DNA from: Eledone cirrhosa
Taxonomy: Eukaryota
Assembly: GCA_964016885.1 (NCBI GenBank)
Contig: OZ024760.1
Location: 7,564,001 to 7,628,000, forward strand
Direction of reading: 5' to 3'
DNA length: 64,000 bases
In this document: positions 24,252 through 38,800 of the stretch, one piece after another
Layout: the number at the start of each line of letters is the position of its first letter
How positions within the stretch are numbered: the first letter of the stretch is position 1
Made by a program: the position numbers and the translations under genes
The notes under the pieces: model-generated
What the model was told of the DNA's origin: nothing
The model's database searches: none
Seen by the model: only the letters and a program-made list of their open reading frames with translations

Positions 24252-25316
24252 CTGTAAGGGGACAGAGGGGAAAATAAAAAAGGGGGAGATGAGAATTATT
24301 TCTTGATTAGTTTTATAAAAGACTTGAGTTATAAAAGGTATGGAAGACATTAAATTGTCATGACAATGACCCAAGTGCTGGGGTCCACTTTAAAATACTC
24401 CCAGTATACTCTGTACATGGTTGGTGTAAGGAAGGGCATCTATCAGTAGAAACCACATGACAAACATCCCTAGCTCTGGGGTCATGATAAAATATACCCA
24501 CTCTATGTCAGTAACATGGTTGGGGTAAGGAAGAGTATCCAGCAGTAGCAACCACATGACAACACTCCAAGATCTGGTGTCATGATAAAGTATACCCAGT
24601 ATATTTTTTAATATGGTTGATGTAAGGAAGGGCATCCAGCAGTAGAAACTAGATTGAAAAAAAAGCAGTAGAGAGGACAGTTACATCAAGAACATGACGT
24701 CTCTAGTGCTGGCACCATGATATAATACAACTAGTACACTAACATGAAAATGGGAAGATATTGAGTAAAGTATGGTCCATTGACTCATCTAGAGTGGAGA
24801 GTAGCTCCTATTAACTATTGACTTAGACTTTAACATCCCATCCAACCCATGTCAGCATGCAAAAGCAGTCATATGATGATCTTTTTCTACAGGTAATATC
24901 AGTGTTAATTGAAGTGTGCGTGTGTGTTGGGGGCAAAAAGAGATTTGTATAACAATACAACTCCCAACAGATTCAACCTTTTAAGAAGCCAGCTACACCT
25001 ACACAGGTGTGAGGAGGCCAGCTAAACCTAGAGGTGCCAGGAGGCCAGCTAAATCTACATATAAGGAAGCTAGCTAAACCTACATCGGTGAGAACTATAA
25101 CTAACTTTTAATAGAGGACAATCATGAGATGAGTTTCTCCCCCACACCATTTCTTCTTTTGTCTTTTACTAAAAGACCCTCCCCTCCACCCCTAGACATT
25201 TGAAAGTAATTCAAAAATACGCTCCATTTGAATATGATGCATGAGAATGTAATTGAGCAATCAGTGATGTAGGAGAATTTGTAGAAATAGCCAAAGATGA
25301 AATATTAAATAAATAC

Positions 25317-25422
25317 CTCTGTACTAAATGTTAGCTCATAGCCAAGATCTTTGACATCGTTTTCTAGCAGAAATACAAGTCCTTGATAGAAGGAATAGTC
25401 TTCACTTTCCATATCGGTGTAT
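25317..25422 (-). CDS. HUWE1: HUWE1 HECT exon ([35 protein letters not shown])
   Basis: 106 nt, phase 2-0. Confidence 0.95.
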
Positions 25423-25844
25423 CTGTCAACAGAGAAATAACAAACAATACATTAGCAGGAATAAATTAATAACCAACTTCATGAAATAAAAAATATCATC
25501 ACACCATAATATCCTTGCTCAAGGTCACAACATAAACTAAGCCCTTTCAGTGCATATCAAAAAGGGGTTAATCCATTCATGACTGCATTTCTAATGAAAT
25601 GCAGTCTGCTTCAATTAATTAATGAAGAATTTTGAGGGATTTACTAAAATTATTAATTATTATATAACTAAGATAGTAAGTTAACATAAGGTTCTTGTAT
25701 AAAATTATATTGGAAGATTATAATTTAAACTGGAAACCGTTAAAATGAGTGATTTTATTTCATAGAACCAGAGCCAGTTTTGGCCAGGTTGGTAATAAAA
25801 GGGGTTAAACAATATTTAGATCAAGGTATTGTTAGGTTACTTAC

Positions 25845-26115
25845 TTGACAGCCTGCCCAATGATATGTTTATAGAAGGAGCGCGTGAAAAAGCACTCTAA
25901 CAACTTGTTGTCATAGATGGCCTTGGCAATAATCCGGCCAACAAACTTGAAATAGCTGAGATGGTTAGAGTTACAGTGGGATGATGGGTTGATGGTGTAG
26001 GTGACTCTGTCTCCGGGAGATGTGCGGAACAACGCATACATCGGGTTGAAAATCTCTCTCGATATTACAACATACCATTCTCTTAACAAACCACCGGCAT
26101 CTTGGCCTTCCTCGC
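25845..26115 (-). CDS. HUWE1: HUWE1 HECT exon ([14 protein letters not shown]...FTRSFYKHI)
   Basis: 271 nt, phase 1-2; HECT signature. Confidence 0.96.
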
Positions 26116-27436
26116 CTGAAACAGAAAATAATAATAATAATAATAATGATGATGTTTCTACTTTTGGCACAAGGCCAGCAATTACCCAGTACATTACTGG
26201 TATTTTATTTTATCGACGCCCCGTAAGGATGAAAGGCAAAGCTAACCAGGCGGAATAATAATTTGTGCTAATGTCCATTTCCATTAAGTGGGTTTATATA
26301 ACCCATTATTTAGACTATTTTTCTATAGTCAAAAAATTTGATACGGCTAACTTTTACATAAATTTCAATTTCTTTATGATGATGATGATGATCATCATCA
26401 TTATCATGGGTTAACGTCCATTTTTCCACACTAGCATGGGTTAGACGAGTTGTTCCGTTGTGAGTCAAACCAGATTAAAAGGCCATGTCTTGCTCATACA
26501 CAACCGTTTCTGGTTTGGTTTCTACGGTTGGATGCCTTTCCTAATGCCAACCTCATTTACACCTACATGACCACTTTACAGTGTGGACTGGGTACTTTTT
26601 GTCATGGCACCTACACAACCAGTTTACAGGGTTGACAGTCCACTTTTCTATGCTGGAACAGGTTGGATAAGACTGTTTTAATCAAAGTATTCAGCAGCCA
26701 GGTGCCCTTCCTGAAGCTAAATCCTTATTTCTGTTTTAGTTTTAAGTATGACACTTATTCCACTGATCTTCACACCTGTCAAACCATTGAGTCGTCGAAC
26801 ATTGATTAGGGAGGACAACAGGTTTTGGCTACCTAATTTCACTCAAAAAGCTTGGATCAAGAAGCTAAGGCTAAGGTAAATAATATTTCCCCAAGACACC
26901 AGTCACAGGAATTAAACACCAAACCTTGTGCTTGCAAAGAAAACTTCTTAACCATCCAGCCATACTGCATAAACAAAATCATGGTATACTCCTGATGGCG
27001 TTGTAGGAGCGCTGTAGTGGTATATGCCACTTCTTGGACATTTTAAGCCTGGCAGAGCCCATCCACTCTCCAGGTGTGAACATAGATTTCTTCCAGAGAA
27101 GGATAAAGAGTGAGAGAAAGGAAATGAGAAAGAGATATAGAGGAAGAATCAACCCTAGTATTAGACTGGTACTTTTTTTTTTATCGACCTTGAAGAGAAA
27201 CGGAACAAATACCACAAGGCATTCTACCTGACATCCTAAAGACTGCCAATTCATGGCCATCATATATATAGTTATATAGGTTAAATAGTTTAGTACTGGG
27301 AATGACTTTTCATTATTTTTACCAACAAACAAAAAGTTCATCTAAAACAGAAAGTAAAAAAAAAAAAACTAGCTACATTTCCTTTCCCCAGTTTTGTTAC
27401 TAAAAACATTTTTCTTTGAAGAACAGTAAAAGTTAC

Positions 27437-27712
27437 CTTCAAACACAATATAAAACCTGTGTTTCCATTCTTCAGGAGATCGACGAAACAGGTCCCGGAA
27501 CGAATCTTCAAAAACATGTTCCCTTTTCACATGGACGGCCAAATCTTCTCGACGCAAACCTTCATCCAATCGCTCTAGTTCCTGTCGGAAGTATCTTCTC
27601 TTCACATCAAAATCCAACACTCTAGTGTGATCAACCAAAACTGAAAATGGACCGTCGGCGAGGGGTGTTGTAGACTGTCGGAGTATTTGGTTCAATACTG
27701 TTCGGTGAGTTT
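27437..27712 (-). CDS. HUWE1: HUWE1 exon, start of HECT region ([13 protein letters not shown]...VFEDSF...FYIVFE)
   Basis: 276 nt, phase 1-1. Confidence 0.96.
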
Positions 27713-28740
27713 CTGCAAATAGAAACAGAAAGGAAGAAAACAATGAAAAAGATTCATCCACAGCACTAAATTGTTTAATATGTATGATGATCATGTTTCT
27801 CAATAAATAAGCTCAATGGACCTTGGTTCAGAGCATCAATAATTCAAGTTAAGAGAAAGAGTCATATATTCTTTGAGAAACATAGTATTTTATACAGTCT
27901 TTTTGGACTATGAAACAGAACTGTAAGGAAGATATGACATTTTCCACCTTAAAGTACGTCTATTTTCCTGAATATCATTTACTTTGCATATGTGTACAAA
28001 ATACTGTGCGTTTCTCAAATGATATACGACTACATATCTTTTAACTTGAATTATATATATATATAGTTTTTTTGTCACATCGCCAATCTGAAGAGATCAA
28101 TAGTGGAGTCAGGTCCATAACTATTATAGGTGACCTTGAGCCAATGATCTGCAAAACGCACGTAACAGGTCGATACACAATACATATATATATGCAAATG
28201 AAACTTTCCTCTAATATATACACACTGCCTGTGCATGGCATGCTTGCTTTGTAATCCACTGGACACCACCACACACACATTATATATATATATATATATA
28301 TAATTGTTTCTACTTTTGGCACAAGGCCAACAATTGCCCAGTGCATTACTGGTACTTTATTTTTATCGACCCCCGTAAGGATGAAAGGCAAAGTTAACCT
28401 CGGTGGGATTTGAACTCAGAATGGCAAGGGCCATAAATCTATGCGTTAAAGCATGGCGTCCGACCCTCTACTGATACTTCCAATTCACCAATTATAATAT
28501 ATAAATATATATATAATGATTCCTACTATAGGCGCAAGCACAACATTCTGGGGAGAGGGGAAGTACCAAATTGACTCCAGTGTACCACTGGTATTTTATT
28601 ATATCGACACCCGTAAGGATGAAAGGCAAAGCTAACCTCGGCAGGATTTGAACTCAGAACGTAAAGGGCCGTAATTAAGCTGCAAAGCATGTTGACCAAT
28701 GATCTACCGATTACCGCGAAATAATTATAATACAACTTAC

Positions 28741-28947
28741 CAGCAAACTTTAAAAACTTTTGTGTGTCACTTGAAGCATGCCCTAAAGAAGATACAGAAG
28801 CTACAGAGTTTTCACGGGTGAGTAATGTAGAGTTCTCCATAACAGATGCTGGAGACGGAGAAGCTGGTGCAACTTCCATGCTCAAGTGAGATAACTGATC
28901 TTCTCGTTTCTGACTAGGCTGCTCTGTTTTCTTGGTTTCTTTCTCAC
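28741..28947 (-). CDS. HUWE1: HUWE1 exon (...DTQKFLKFA)
   Basis: 207 nt, phase 1-1. Confidence 0.92.
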
Positions 28948-29097
28948 CTATTTATTGAAAAGACAATAGAACATGTATCAACATATCTTGCATGAAATAT
29001 ATTAACAACAATAGCATTTTATTTATATGTACACACATAAAGCAGGTGTGGTAAGATACCAGGTGGACAATTCACACACACACATATATATATACAC

Positions 29098-29134
<37 letters not shown>

Positions 29135-29145
29135 CACATATATAT

Positions 29146-29178
<33 letters not shown>

Positions 29179-29511
29179 ATCATTTCATTTTACGTCCGCT
29201 TTTTCCCTGTTTGCAAGGGTGGGACGGGAACTGATTCTGGCTTGATTTCTACAGTTGGATGCCCTTCCTAACACCAACCTCATTTACAGTGAGTGCTGGG
29301 TGCTTTTTTGCCGTGGCACCTTAACGACCACTTTGCAGTGGAATGATAGGGACCCCAGTCCCTATCATCTCATTTCTACAGCTGAGTAAACTGGAGCAAT
29401 GTGAAATAAAGTGTCTTGCTCAAGGAAACAACACATCACCCGGTCTCAGAATTGAACTCACAACCTTTCGATTGCAAGGCCAATGCTCTAACCACTAAGC
29501 CATGTGCCTCC
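29179..29511 (-). mobile_element. SINE family A copy
   Basis: near-identical reverse complement of 6641-6985. Confidence 0.88.
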
Positions 29512-29738
29512 ATATATTTATATATATTTATATATATACATATATATATATATATTGCCAATAAAAAAAAAAGATCAGACCAAGGAAACAATGTTTCCAT
29601 TTCCTTTTCAATGCCAATGCTGTCGAAAATTCATGGCATTGAGCAAAGAAACAATATCCTTCCATTGCTGACACTGTCTGTTGGTTATAACTCCTGGAAG
29701 AGGGAACTGATAAATGGAAAAATATTGAGAAAACTTAC

Positions 29739-29930
29739 CAGCATGCACAAGAAAGAAAGCTTCAACGGCCGGCTGTAGAATAAGTACGGCATGGTGGTCA
29801 GGTGTCTTGGCTAATTCCGTGAGACAATCTCCTAATGTCTGCCACATTTCATCTAACTGTAGTTGATCGCTGAGGCGAGGAAGTTCCCCTTCCTTTCTTG
29901 ATCGGCCTTTTCGATCATCCACTAAACTCT
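29739..29930 (-). CDS. HUWE1: HUWE1 exon (LPRLSDQLQLDEMWQTLGDCL...ILQPAVEAFFLVHA)
   Basis: 192 nt, phase 1-1; conserved motif. Confidence 0.94.
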
Positions 29931-31467
29931 CTGAAATGGAAACAAAACAAACATGGAAGTAAAATACAATATTTTGAGGTGAAATTATATGCCTGAATTA
30001 ACCCACAGATGGAAGTGAAATAAAATATAGTTTAAGGTGAAATTACATGCCTGAATTAACCCATTTTTATGTCAAACCACATGAAACCACCCCTGGTTCT
30101 ATGATAAAAAGCTGAATATTTAACCCGGCCATTTCCAGCCAGAATTCTCTCATCTGTTTCTGTTCAAACTGGCCACTCATACTGATGTTAAGGTATTGTT
30201 ATCAAAATAAATAACATCAAAATCTCGTAGCTTCGATATTATCTGAGATAATTATGTAAGATAAAGCCATTTGTAAATGCTAAAGGGTTAAAAGTGTTTG
30301 GAACATAACTTTTCTTATATAAAATTATAATGGATGGTTTGAATTTAACTCATCACCATCGTCATCATTTTGTTCAAATTTCCATGCTGGAATGAGTTGC
30401 TGAAGAGGTTGTAGAACAAGTAAAGTTATCATCCTACGGCCTCAACCGAAATAGATTCAATCATAGACTTCCATGTAGGTTTGTTGTCTCTGGCCATGAC
30501 ATGTGGAGAGGAGACCTTGCAGCTTCTTTGGCTTTTGACGAATGCCAGTTTCCTTAAACACTAAAGCAGCAGCAAACATACCTGCTTCACCGACATCTAC
30601 ACACCTTACACCTTAGATAAGGCAACACCTACATGAACAAACATCTACCCAGCTAAGCCAGAGCAACATAACTGCTTGATCAACCTCTAACCACCTTAGA
30701 GAGGGCCACATATTGACTTGATCGGTATCCATCCACCTTAGCCCTTTAGTTACCAACCCGGCCCAAACCAGCTCTGGTTCTATGAAATAAATCCATCCAT
30801 TTTAAAGATTTCTAATTTTAATTAAAATCTTTCAACATAATTTTATATAAGAACCTTACATCAAGTTAATCTTACTAATGAAATAATTGTTTCTACTTTT
30901 GGCACAAGACCAGCAATTATCCCAGTGCATTACAGGTACTTTATTTTATCGACCCCGTAAGGATGAAAGGCAAAGTTAACCTCGGTGGGATTTCCCTCAA
31001 AATTTTTTATTAATTAATTAGCATTCGCATTACTGAATATTTACTATTGTATTTTTACAGTAAACACTTTATCTCACATAATATCGAATCTACAATATGT
31101 TGATATTATTTTGAGAACAATACCTTAACACCAGTATGAGCGACCAGTTACAACCAGCTTGAACAGAAAGAGGTGAAAGAATTCTGGCTTGATATGGCCG
31201 GATTAAATGCTAAAGGGGTAAGTCCCCAGATATTCTTATTTTCAACCCACTGTATATTTTCAACAATGAAATTATGATAAATCAAGCAGCTATAAACCTT
31301 ATAAAAATATTTAATCTTTTATTTGGAAAATATTTTCTGTTTTGTTCAGGTTGTGACAGTCTCAAAAGATAAATTAGGAATTGTATGGAATGCAAAGAAT
31401 GGTAAAAAACACAGAGTGTATTTCATTTGTAATGCAGTCACGAAAGAGTTAGACAGGGCAAATGTAC

Positions 31468-31767
31468 CTGCTTGATCGACATCCATCTGAGAATCGGTCA
31501 TCAAAGTGACAGATTCTATGAAACTCTGTTGCTGTGTAATAGACTGCGATGGCTGGGACTCGGATATAGTGGAGCTGGTCAACTCCTGGCTACTGGTAGT
31601 ACTGGTACTATTCACATCGGTACCAGTGGTACCGCTAACAGCAGAGGTAGATACTTGAGTAGCAGATGCCCCATCCTGGGAGGAGAACATTGTACCACTG
31701 CTGCTAGAGGTATCGACTAACGCTTCCATGGTTGGGGCCAACACATCATCTGTTAGGGTTCTATCAC
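31468..31767 (-). CDS. HUWE1: HUWE1 exon, S/T-rich
   Basis: 300 nt, phase 1-1. Confidence 0.85.
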
Positions 31768-31943
31768 CTACAACAACAACATTGCATAGATTACAGTACA
31801 TGAGACAGGTAGGTGGGAGCAAGAGGAATGCTTTGAAAGCAGCATGTGGCAACAGGGGTGGGGAAAGAGACAGGGAAGGAGATAGGGGGAAAGGGGTGAG
31901 AGGAGTGGAAGAGAAAAGAATTAAAACAAATAGTTTGACGTAC

Positions 31944-32137
31944 CTGAGGCCCTTGCCTTCTTGGCAATTGACTGCCGCGCAGCATCTCTGAGATGAATGA
32001 TTACCTTAAGGATACGAAGGAAGAACTGTTGGCTGGAGTTCTTACTGGTCAACATAGACATTGACGGCAACTGTAGGTCGTGACCTCCCTTCATTTTAGT
32101 CGGGGCTGACACAACAACGTTAACTGCACGGGTAAAC
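31944..32137 (-). CDS. HUWE1: HUWE1 exon ([12 protein letters not shown]...[28 protein letters not shown]...)
   Basis: 194 nt, phase 2-1; [12 protein letters not shown] motif. Confidence 0.93.
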
Positions 32138-33571
32138 CTACACCACAAGAGACAGAGAAATCATATTGTGAGTCAATCAATCAAAAATACAAAAATGGTC
32201 AAGGGTAGTCACACGTTATTGAAATAGGAAGGGCAAGGTACAGGGGCAGTGATCCTTCAGACAAAGATAGTAGGATGGTGAAGTTTAACTCTTGATATCG
32301 ACCCACCCAAAAACCCCTCTGGTTCTATGATACAAAACCTTCCATCACAATTTTATGTAAGAATATTTTGTTAACTTATAATTCTTAATGACCTACAATA
32401 TCAGAAATCACAGCTATCTGACTGCATTATCTTCAATATTAGAAATTTTCACAATTATCTGTCCACCAGGAATTAACAAACCACATGAAACTGCATTAAC
32501 AAGACATTCTTGTAAAATACAAAATAACACTATGACTACATCACATTAACCCTTTAGCATTTAAATCAGCCGTATCTGGCCAGAATTCCCTCACATCTTT
32601 CTGTTCAAACTGGTTGCAACCGGCCACTCATACAGACGTTAAGGTTTTGTTCTCAAAATAAATAACATTGAAATCTCAGATTCGATATTATGTAAGGTAA
32701 AGCCTTTACTGTGAAAATATAATAGTATATATAGAGTAATGTAAATGAAAGGGTTAAATAATAAAGTCTTCAATATCACAAATTTTCACAACAATCTGTC
32801 CACCAGTAAAGATACTATAAATATTTGAATTAACAAAACCAAATCAGCAAGACATTCTTGAAAAGTACAAAACAACACTATGACTACATCACATTACATA
32901 TTAAAGCCGTTATCTTAATGCCGCAAATTTTCACAATGATCTGTCCACTAATAAGATATAAATATTTGAATTAACAAACCTGATTCGTAAGACAGTCTTG
33001 AAAAGTACAAAACAACACTATGACTGCATCACATTAAAAATTAGTCTTTAATATAATACTGCAGATTTTCACAACTATCTGTCCACTGGTTAGATACTAG
33101 AAGCATTTGAAGGAACATACCCGTTTTTAAACATTTTCAGTTAAATCATTACAGGATGTTAGAAGTTAATAATGAAATGTAAGCAAAAACATGGTGAGAA
33201 TTTCCATCAAAACACTGAAATGAAGCATGGAACAAACTACCTGCATCAGTTGTTAGCCGTCGAGACACTGCATCCTTTAAGTCCTCCATGCTTCCCGAGA
33301 TCCGCCAACACTACAGCTAACACATACAAACATGTACTTCCCTGACATTTGTGTATTATTCTATGTACTATATTGACGAGTTGTAGTGCACCTGAGCACT
33401 TTACACAATAAATTCATTATTATTTTTTAATTTTAAACTGGAGCAGCCCCCCCCCCCCCCCCTACCTAGATAATCAGTTGATTGTAAATGACGCTGTCTG
33501 GACATCCCATGACAGTAACCTGGCAGGTCACTGGAAATTCAAGTATTTGCTCCTAATTACATCTGTATTAA

Positions 33572-33785
33572 CCTGTTGACTGCCATGAATATTTTACACA
33601 GCTACAGCTGCTGTGCCAGGTATTTTTCCAGTAAAATGACTATTCTGATTGACAAATAAACTAGTAACTTTGAAGTTATGAACTGTTGGAAACGAGTTCA
33701 AGGATGTTAGGATAACTTATCTCCCCCGTGGCACTAGAATGCATACATATTAGGACGAGTTATCTCGTCTACGGCACTGAAGAGG
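33572..33785. mobile_element. Second TTAA-flanked nonautonomous element; longer opposite-strand copy at 51193-51530
   Basis: ends cctgttgactgcc and ggcactgaagagg with TTAA flanks in both copies. Confidence 0.75.
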
Positions 33786-33947
33786 TTAACAGGGTGCACC
33801 TGTATAGCTATTCACAAATTATTGAGTGTTTTAGAAAATCGAAATTATAATTTAATCAACATTTTCCTCTCACTATTTTTACTGAGAGACTACAATAGCT
33901 CATCAAATAACATGACACACATCAAGCTGACAAATACAATTACAAAC

Positions 33948-34052
33948 CTGTCCGTCAAATAACCTTTCACCAGTGGGCCTGTGTCCTTAGACTCATCTCC
34001 TTGGATATCTTTTAGCTTGCCATTCAATTCTTTAATTTCTACCAGCAGCTTA
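33948..34052 (-). CDS. HUWE1: HUWE1 exon (KLLVEIKELNGKLKDIQ...GYLTDR)
   Basis: 105 nt, phase 2-2. Confidence 0.87.
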
Positions 34053-34340
34053 CTGTCAACAGAAAAAGAAAATACAATAAAATATGATAAACACAGGCAA
34101 GGTTATGAAGCAATTTTTTTTTCTTTTCTATTCAGCCATATTGAATCTACAGTCCATTGTAAGAAACAATTGGAATATCATAACTAAATGCGTTTCACTG
34201 TAGCATAGGTGGAGCTATAAAAGAGATGGCATCTAGTGGATTAGAACCCTGAATGGTGAGATTGTAAAGTGAACAGCACGACATTCAGCCATAACTGTCC
34301 CCACAATACAGTAGAGAAAGATAGACACAGTCTAAAGATT

Positions 34341-34612
34341 ACAGCCATGCCTTTGTCCCATGATTGTGAGACACACAGCCATGCCTTTGTCCCACAAATG
34401 TGAGACACACAGCCATGCCCTTGTCCCACAAATGCGAGACACACAGCCATGCCTTTGTCCCACAAATGCGAGACACACAGCCATGCCTTTGTCCCACGAA
34501 TGTGAGACACACAGCCATGTCAGTGTCCCACCAATGTGAGACATATAGCCACACCTGTCAGACACACAGCTATGTATGTGTCCCACCAACATGAGAGACA
34601 TAGCCATGTCTG
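34341..34612. repeat. 34-bp minisatellite (~8 copies)
   Basis: acacacagccatgcctttgtcccacaaatgtgag, period 34. Confidence 0.88.
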
Positions 34613-34705
34613 TGTCTCACCTACACAGTACAGAAAGAGATAGAAACACAGTATTACTTGTCCCGACAATGTAGTACAGAGGAAGAGAGACAGAAACAGA
34701 CTTAC

Positions 34706-34863
34706 CGGATGTGGTCACAGATCGTATGACCAAGTTCTCGAGCACCATCCAATAGTAATTTGAGCACAGCATTGTGGGTAGCAGAGTTAGCTCTAGACAA
34801 CTGCAGCAACAGATTGGTGGCATCTTCCAAACCTTCTTCAGAACAAGACTTGGAAGTCAACAC
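34706..34863 (-). CDS. HUWE1: HUWE1 exon ([24 protein letters not shown]...)
   Basis: 158 nt, phase 0-2. Confidence 0.93.
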
Positions 34864-35226
34864 CTGTCGAGGGGGGAAAAAATGAATATAGTTTATATTA
34901 CGTAGATGTGACAATGGAAATAGACACAAGTTACAGGCAAGAATTGGAAGTCAACACCTGCAGAAAGAATAATCCCCTTGTTGTCAATAGAGATAGCAGC
35001 TCCCTGAACTTTTCCCCTTCAGCTCTTATTCCAGTAACTACTACTACTACTACTACTACACACACAATGGGCTTCCTTAGAGTTTCCAGCTAACACACAT
35101 GACATTGGTTATAAAAAAAAATTAAAAAAAGAACCCAAAACTCGATGATTGTGAAACAGACTTGCTAACCACTCAGCCATACCTGTACAGTAATGTTAAC
35201 CACTCAGCCATACCTGTACCTATACA

Positions 35227-35735
35227 ATTATCCCAGTGCATTACTGGTACTTTATTTTATCGACCCTGTAAGGACGACAGGCAAAGTGAACCTCGGCGAG
35301 ATTTTAACTTGGACCATAAAGGGGCGTAACTCTATGCTGCAAAGAATGGCGTCCGACCTACCGATACTGCCAATGTCCCACCCAATACAATAACCCCAGT
35401 GCATTACTGGTACTTTATTTTATCGACCCCGTAAGGACGACAGGCAAAGTGAACCTCGGCGAGATTTTAACTTGGACCATAAAGGGACATAACTATGCTG
35501 CAAAGAATGGCGTCCGACCTACCGATACTGCCAATGTCCCACCCAATACAATAATTGTTTCTACTTTTGGCACAAGGTCAGCAAATACCCAGTACATTAC
35601 TGGTACTTTATTTTATCGACCCCCCGTAAGGATGAAAGGCAAAGTTAACCTCGACGGGATTTGAACTCAGACCGTAAAGGGACGTAACTATGCTGGAAAG
35701 CATGGTGTCCGACCCTCTACCGATACTGCCAATAC
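35227..35735 (-). mobile_element. Three tandem copies of SINE family B
   Basis: ccagt-cattactggtactttattttatcgac recurs near 35233, 35396 and 35589. Confidence 0.85.
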
Positions 35736-35759
35736 AATAATGTTCAGAAATAATATTAC

Positions 35760-35830
35760 CTTCACTGCTAACTGAAGTTGATTTTCTAAAATGAGGAGGT
35801 TCTTCCATGAATCTTGCAGCTCTTCAATCT
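35760..35830 (-). CDS. HUWE1: HUWE1 small exon (IEELQDSWKNLLILENQLQLAVK)
   Basis: aacag/gtaata sites, 71 nt, phase 1-0; joins to [15 protein letters not shown] as in HUWE1. Confidence 0.88.
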
Positions 35831-35855
35831 CTGTTAATGAAAGATGTCATGTTAT

Positions 35856-38800
35856 TACAGTGTTACAGCAGTGATACTAGAGTGGCATTGCAGCGTCACA
35901 GTAGCGGTACTAGAGTGGCATTGCAGTGTCACAGTAGTGATACTACAGTGGCATTGCAGTGTCACAGTAGTGATACTACAGTGGCATTGCAGTGTCACAG
36001 TAGTGATACTACAGTGGCATTGCAGTGTCACAGTAGCGGTACTACAGTGGCATTGCAGTGTCACAGTAGCGGTACTAGAGTGGCATTGCAGTGTCACAGT
36101 AGTGATACTACAGTGGCATTGCAGTGTCACAGTAGTGATACTACAGTGGCATTGCAGTGTCACAGTAGCGGTACTACAGTGGCATTGCAGTGTCACAGTA
36201 GCGGTACTACAGTGGCATTGCAGTGTCACAGTAGCGGTACTACAGTGGAATTGCAGTGTCACAGTAGCGGTACTACAGTGGCATTGCAGTGTCACAGTAG
36301 CGGTACTACAGTGGCATTGCAGTGTCACAGTAGCGGTACAACAGTGGCATTGCAGTGTCACAGTAGCGGTACTAGAGTGGCATTGCAGTGTCACAGTAGC
36401 GGTACTACAGTGGCATTGCAGTGTCACAGTAGCGGTACTACAGTGGCATTGCAGTGTCACAGTAGTGGTACTACAGTGGCATTGCAGTGTCACAGTAGCG
36501 GTACTACAGTGGCATTGCAGTGTCACAGTAGTGGTACTACAGTGGCATTGCAGTGTCACAGTAGTGGTACTACAGTGGCATTGCAGTGTCACAGCAGCGG
36601 TACTACAGTGTCACAGTAGCGGTACTACAGTGTCATTGCAGTGTCACAGTAGTGGTACTACAGTGGCATTGCAGTGTCACAGTAGCGGTACTACAGTGTC
36701 ACAGTAGCGGTACTACAGTGTCATTGCAGTGTCACAGTAGCGGTACTACAGTGGCATTGCAGTGTCACAGTAGCGGTACTACAGCGGCATTGCAGTGTCA
36801 CAGTAGCGGTACTACAGTGTCATTGCAGTGTCACAGTAGCGGTACTACAGCGTCACAGTAGCGGTACTACAGCGGCATTGCAGTGTCACAGTAGCGGTAC
36901 TACAGCGTCATTGCAGTGTCACAGTAGCGGTACTACAGCGTCATTGCAGTGTCACAGTAGCGGTACTACAGCGTCATTGCAGTGTCACAGTAGCGGTACT
37001 ACAGTGTCATTGCAGTGTCACAGTAGCGGTACTACAGTGTCACAGTAGTGGTACTACAGCGGCATTGCAGTGTCACAGTAGCGGTACTACAGTGTCATTG
37101 CAGTGTCACAGTAGCGGTACTACAGCGGCATTGCAGTGTCACAGTAGCGGTACTACAGTGTCACAGTAGCGGTACTACAGCGGCATTGCAGTGTCACAGT
37201 AGTGGTACTACAGTGGCATTGCAGTGTCACAGTAGCGGTACTACAGTGGCATTGCAGTGTCACAGTAGCGGTACTACAGTGGCATTGCAGTGTTACAGCA
37301 GTGATACTACAGTGGCATTGCAGCGTCACAGTAGCGGTACTACAGTGTCATTGCAGTGTCACAGTAGCGGTACTACAGTGGCATTGCAGTGTCACAGTAG
37401 CGGTACTACAGTGGCATTGCAGTGTCACAGTAGCGGTACTAGAGTGGCATTGCAGTGTCACAGTAGCGGTACTACAGTGTCACAGTAGCGGTACTACAGT
37501 GGCATTGCAGTGTCACAGTAGCGGTACTACAGTGTCATTGCAGTGTCACAGTAGCGGTACTACAGCGGCATTGCAGTGTCACAGTAGCGGTACTACAGTG
37601 GCATTGCAGTGTTACAGCAGTGATACTACAGTGGCATTGCAGTGTCACAGTAGCGGTACTACAGTGTCATTGCAGTGTCACAGTAGCGGTACTACAGTGG
37701 CATTGCAGTGTTACAGCAGTGATACTACAGTGGCATTGCAGTGTCACAGTAGCGGTACTACAGTGTCATTGCAGTGTCACAGTAGCGGTACTAGAGTGGC
37801 ATTGCAGTGTCACAGTAGCGGTACTACAGTGGCATTGCAGTGTCACAGTAGCGGTACTACAGTGGCATTGCAGTGTCACAGTAGCGGTACTACAGTGGCA
37901 TTGCAGTGTCACAGTAGCGGTACTACAGTGGCATTGCAGTGTCACAGTAGCGGTACAACAGTGGCATTGCAGTGTCACAGTAGCGGTACTAGAGTGGCAT
38001 TGCAGTGTCACAGTAGCGGTACTACAGTGGCATTGCAGTGTCACAGTAGCGGTACTACAGTGGCATTGCAGTGTCACAGTAGTGGTACTACAGTGGCATT
38101 GCAGTGTCACAGTAGCGGTACTACAGTGGCATTGCAGTGTCACAGTAGTGGTACTACAGTGGCATTGCAGTGTCACAGTAGTGGTACTACAGTGGCATTG
38201 CAGTGTCACAGCAGCGGTACTACAGTGTCACAGTAGCGGTACTACAGTGTCATTGCAGTGTCACAGTAGTGGTACTACAGTGGCATTGCAGTGTCACAGT
38301 AGCGGTACTACAGTGTCACAGTAGCGGTACTACAGTGTCATTGCAGTGTCACAGTAGCGGTACTACAGTGGCATTGCAGTGTCACAGTAGCGGTACTACA
38401 GCGGCATTGCAGTGTCACAGTAGCGGTACTACAGTGTCATTGCAGCGTCACAGTAGCGGTACTACAGCGGCATTGCAGTGTCACAGTAGCGGTACTACAG
38501 CGTCATTGCAGTGTCACAGTAGCGGTACTACAGCGTCATTGCAGTGTCACAGTAGCGGTACTACAGCGTCATTGCAGTGTCACAGTAGCGGTACTACAGT
38601 GTCATTGCAGTGTCACAGTAGCGGTACTACAGTGTCACAGTAGTGGTACTACAGCGGCATTGCAGTGTCACAGTAGCGGTACTACAGTGTCATTGCAGTG
38701 TCACAGTAGCGGTACTACAGCGGCATTGCAGTGTCACAGTAGCGGTACTACAGTGTCACAGTAGCGGTACTACAGCGGCATTGCAGTGTCACAGTAGTGG

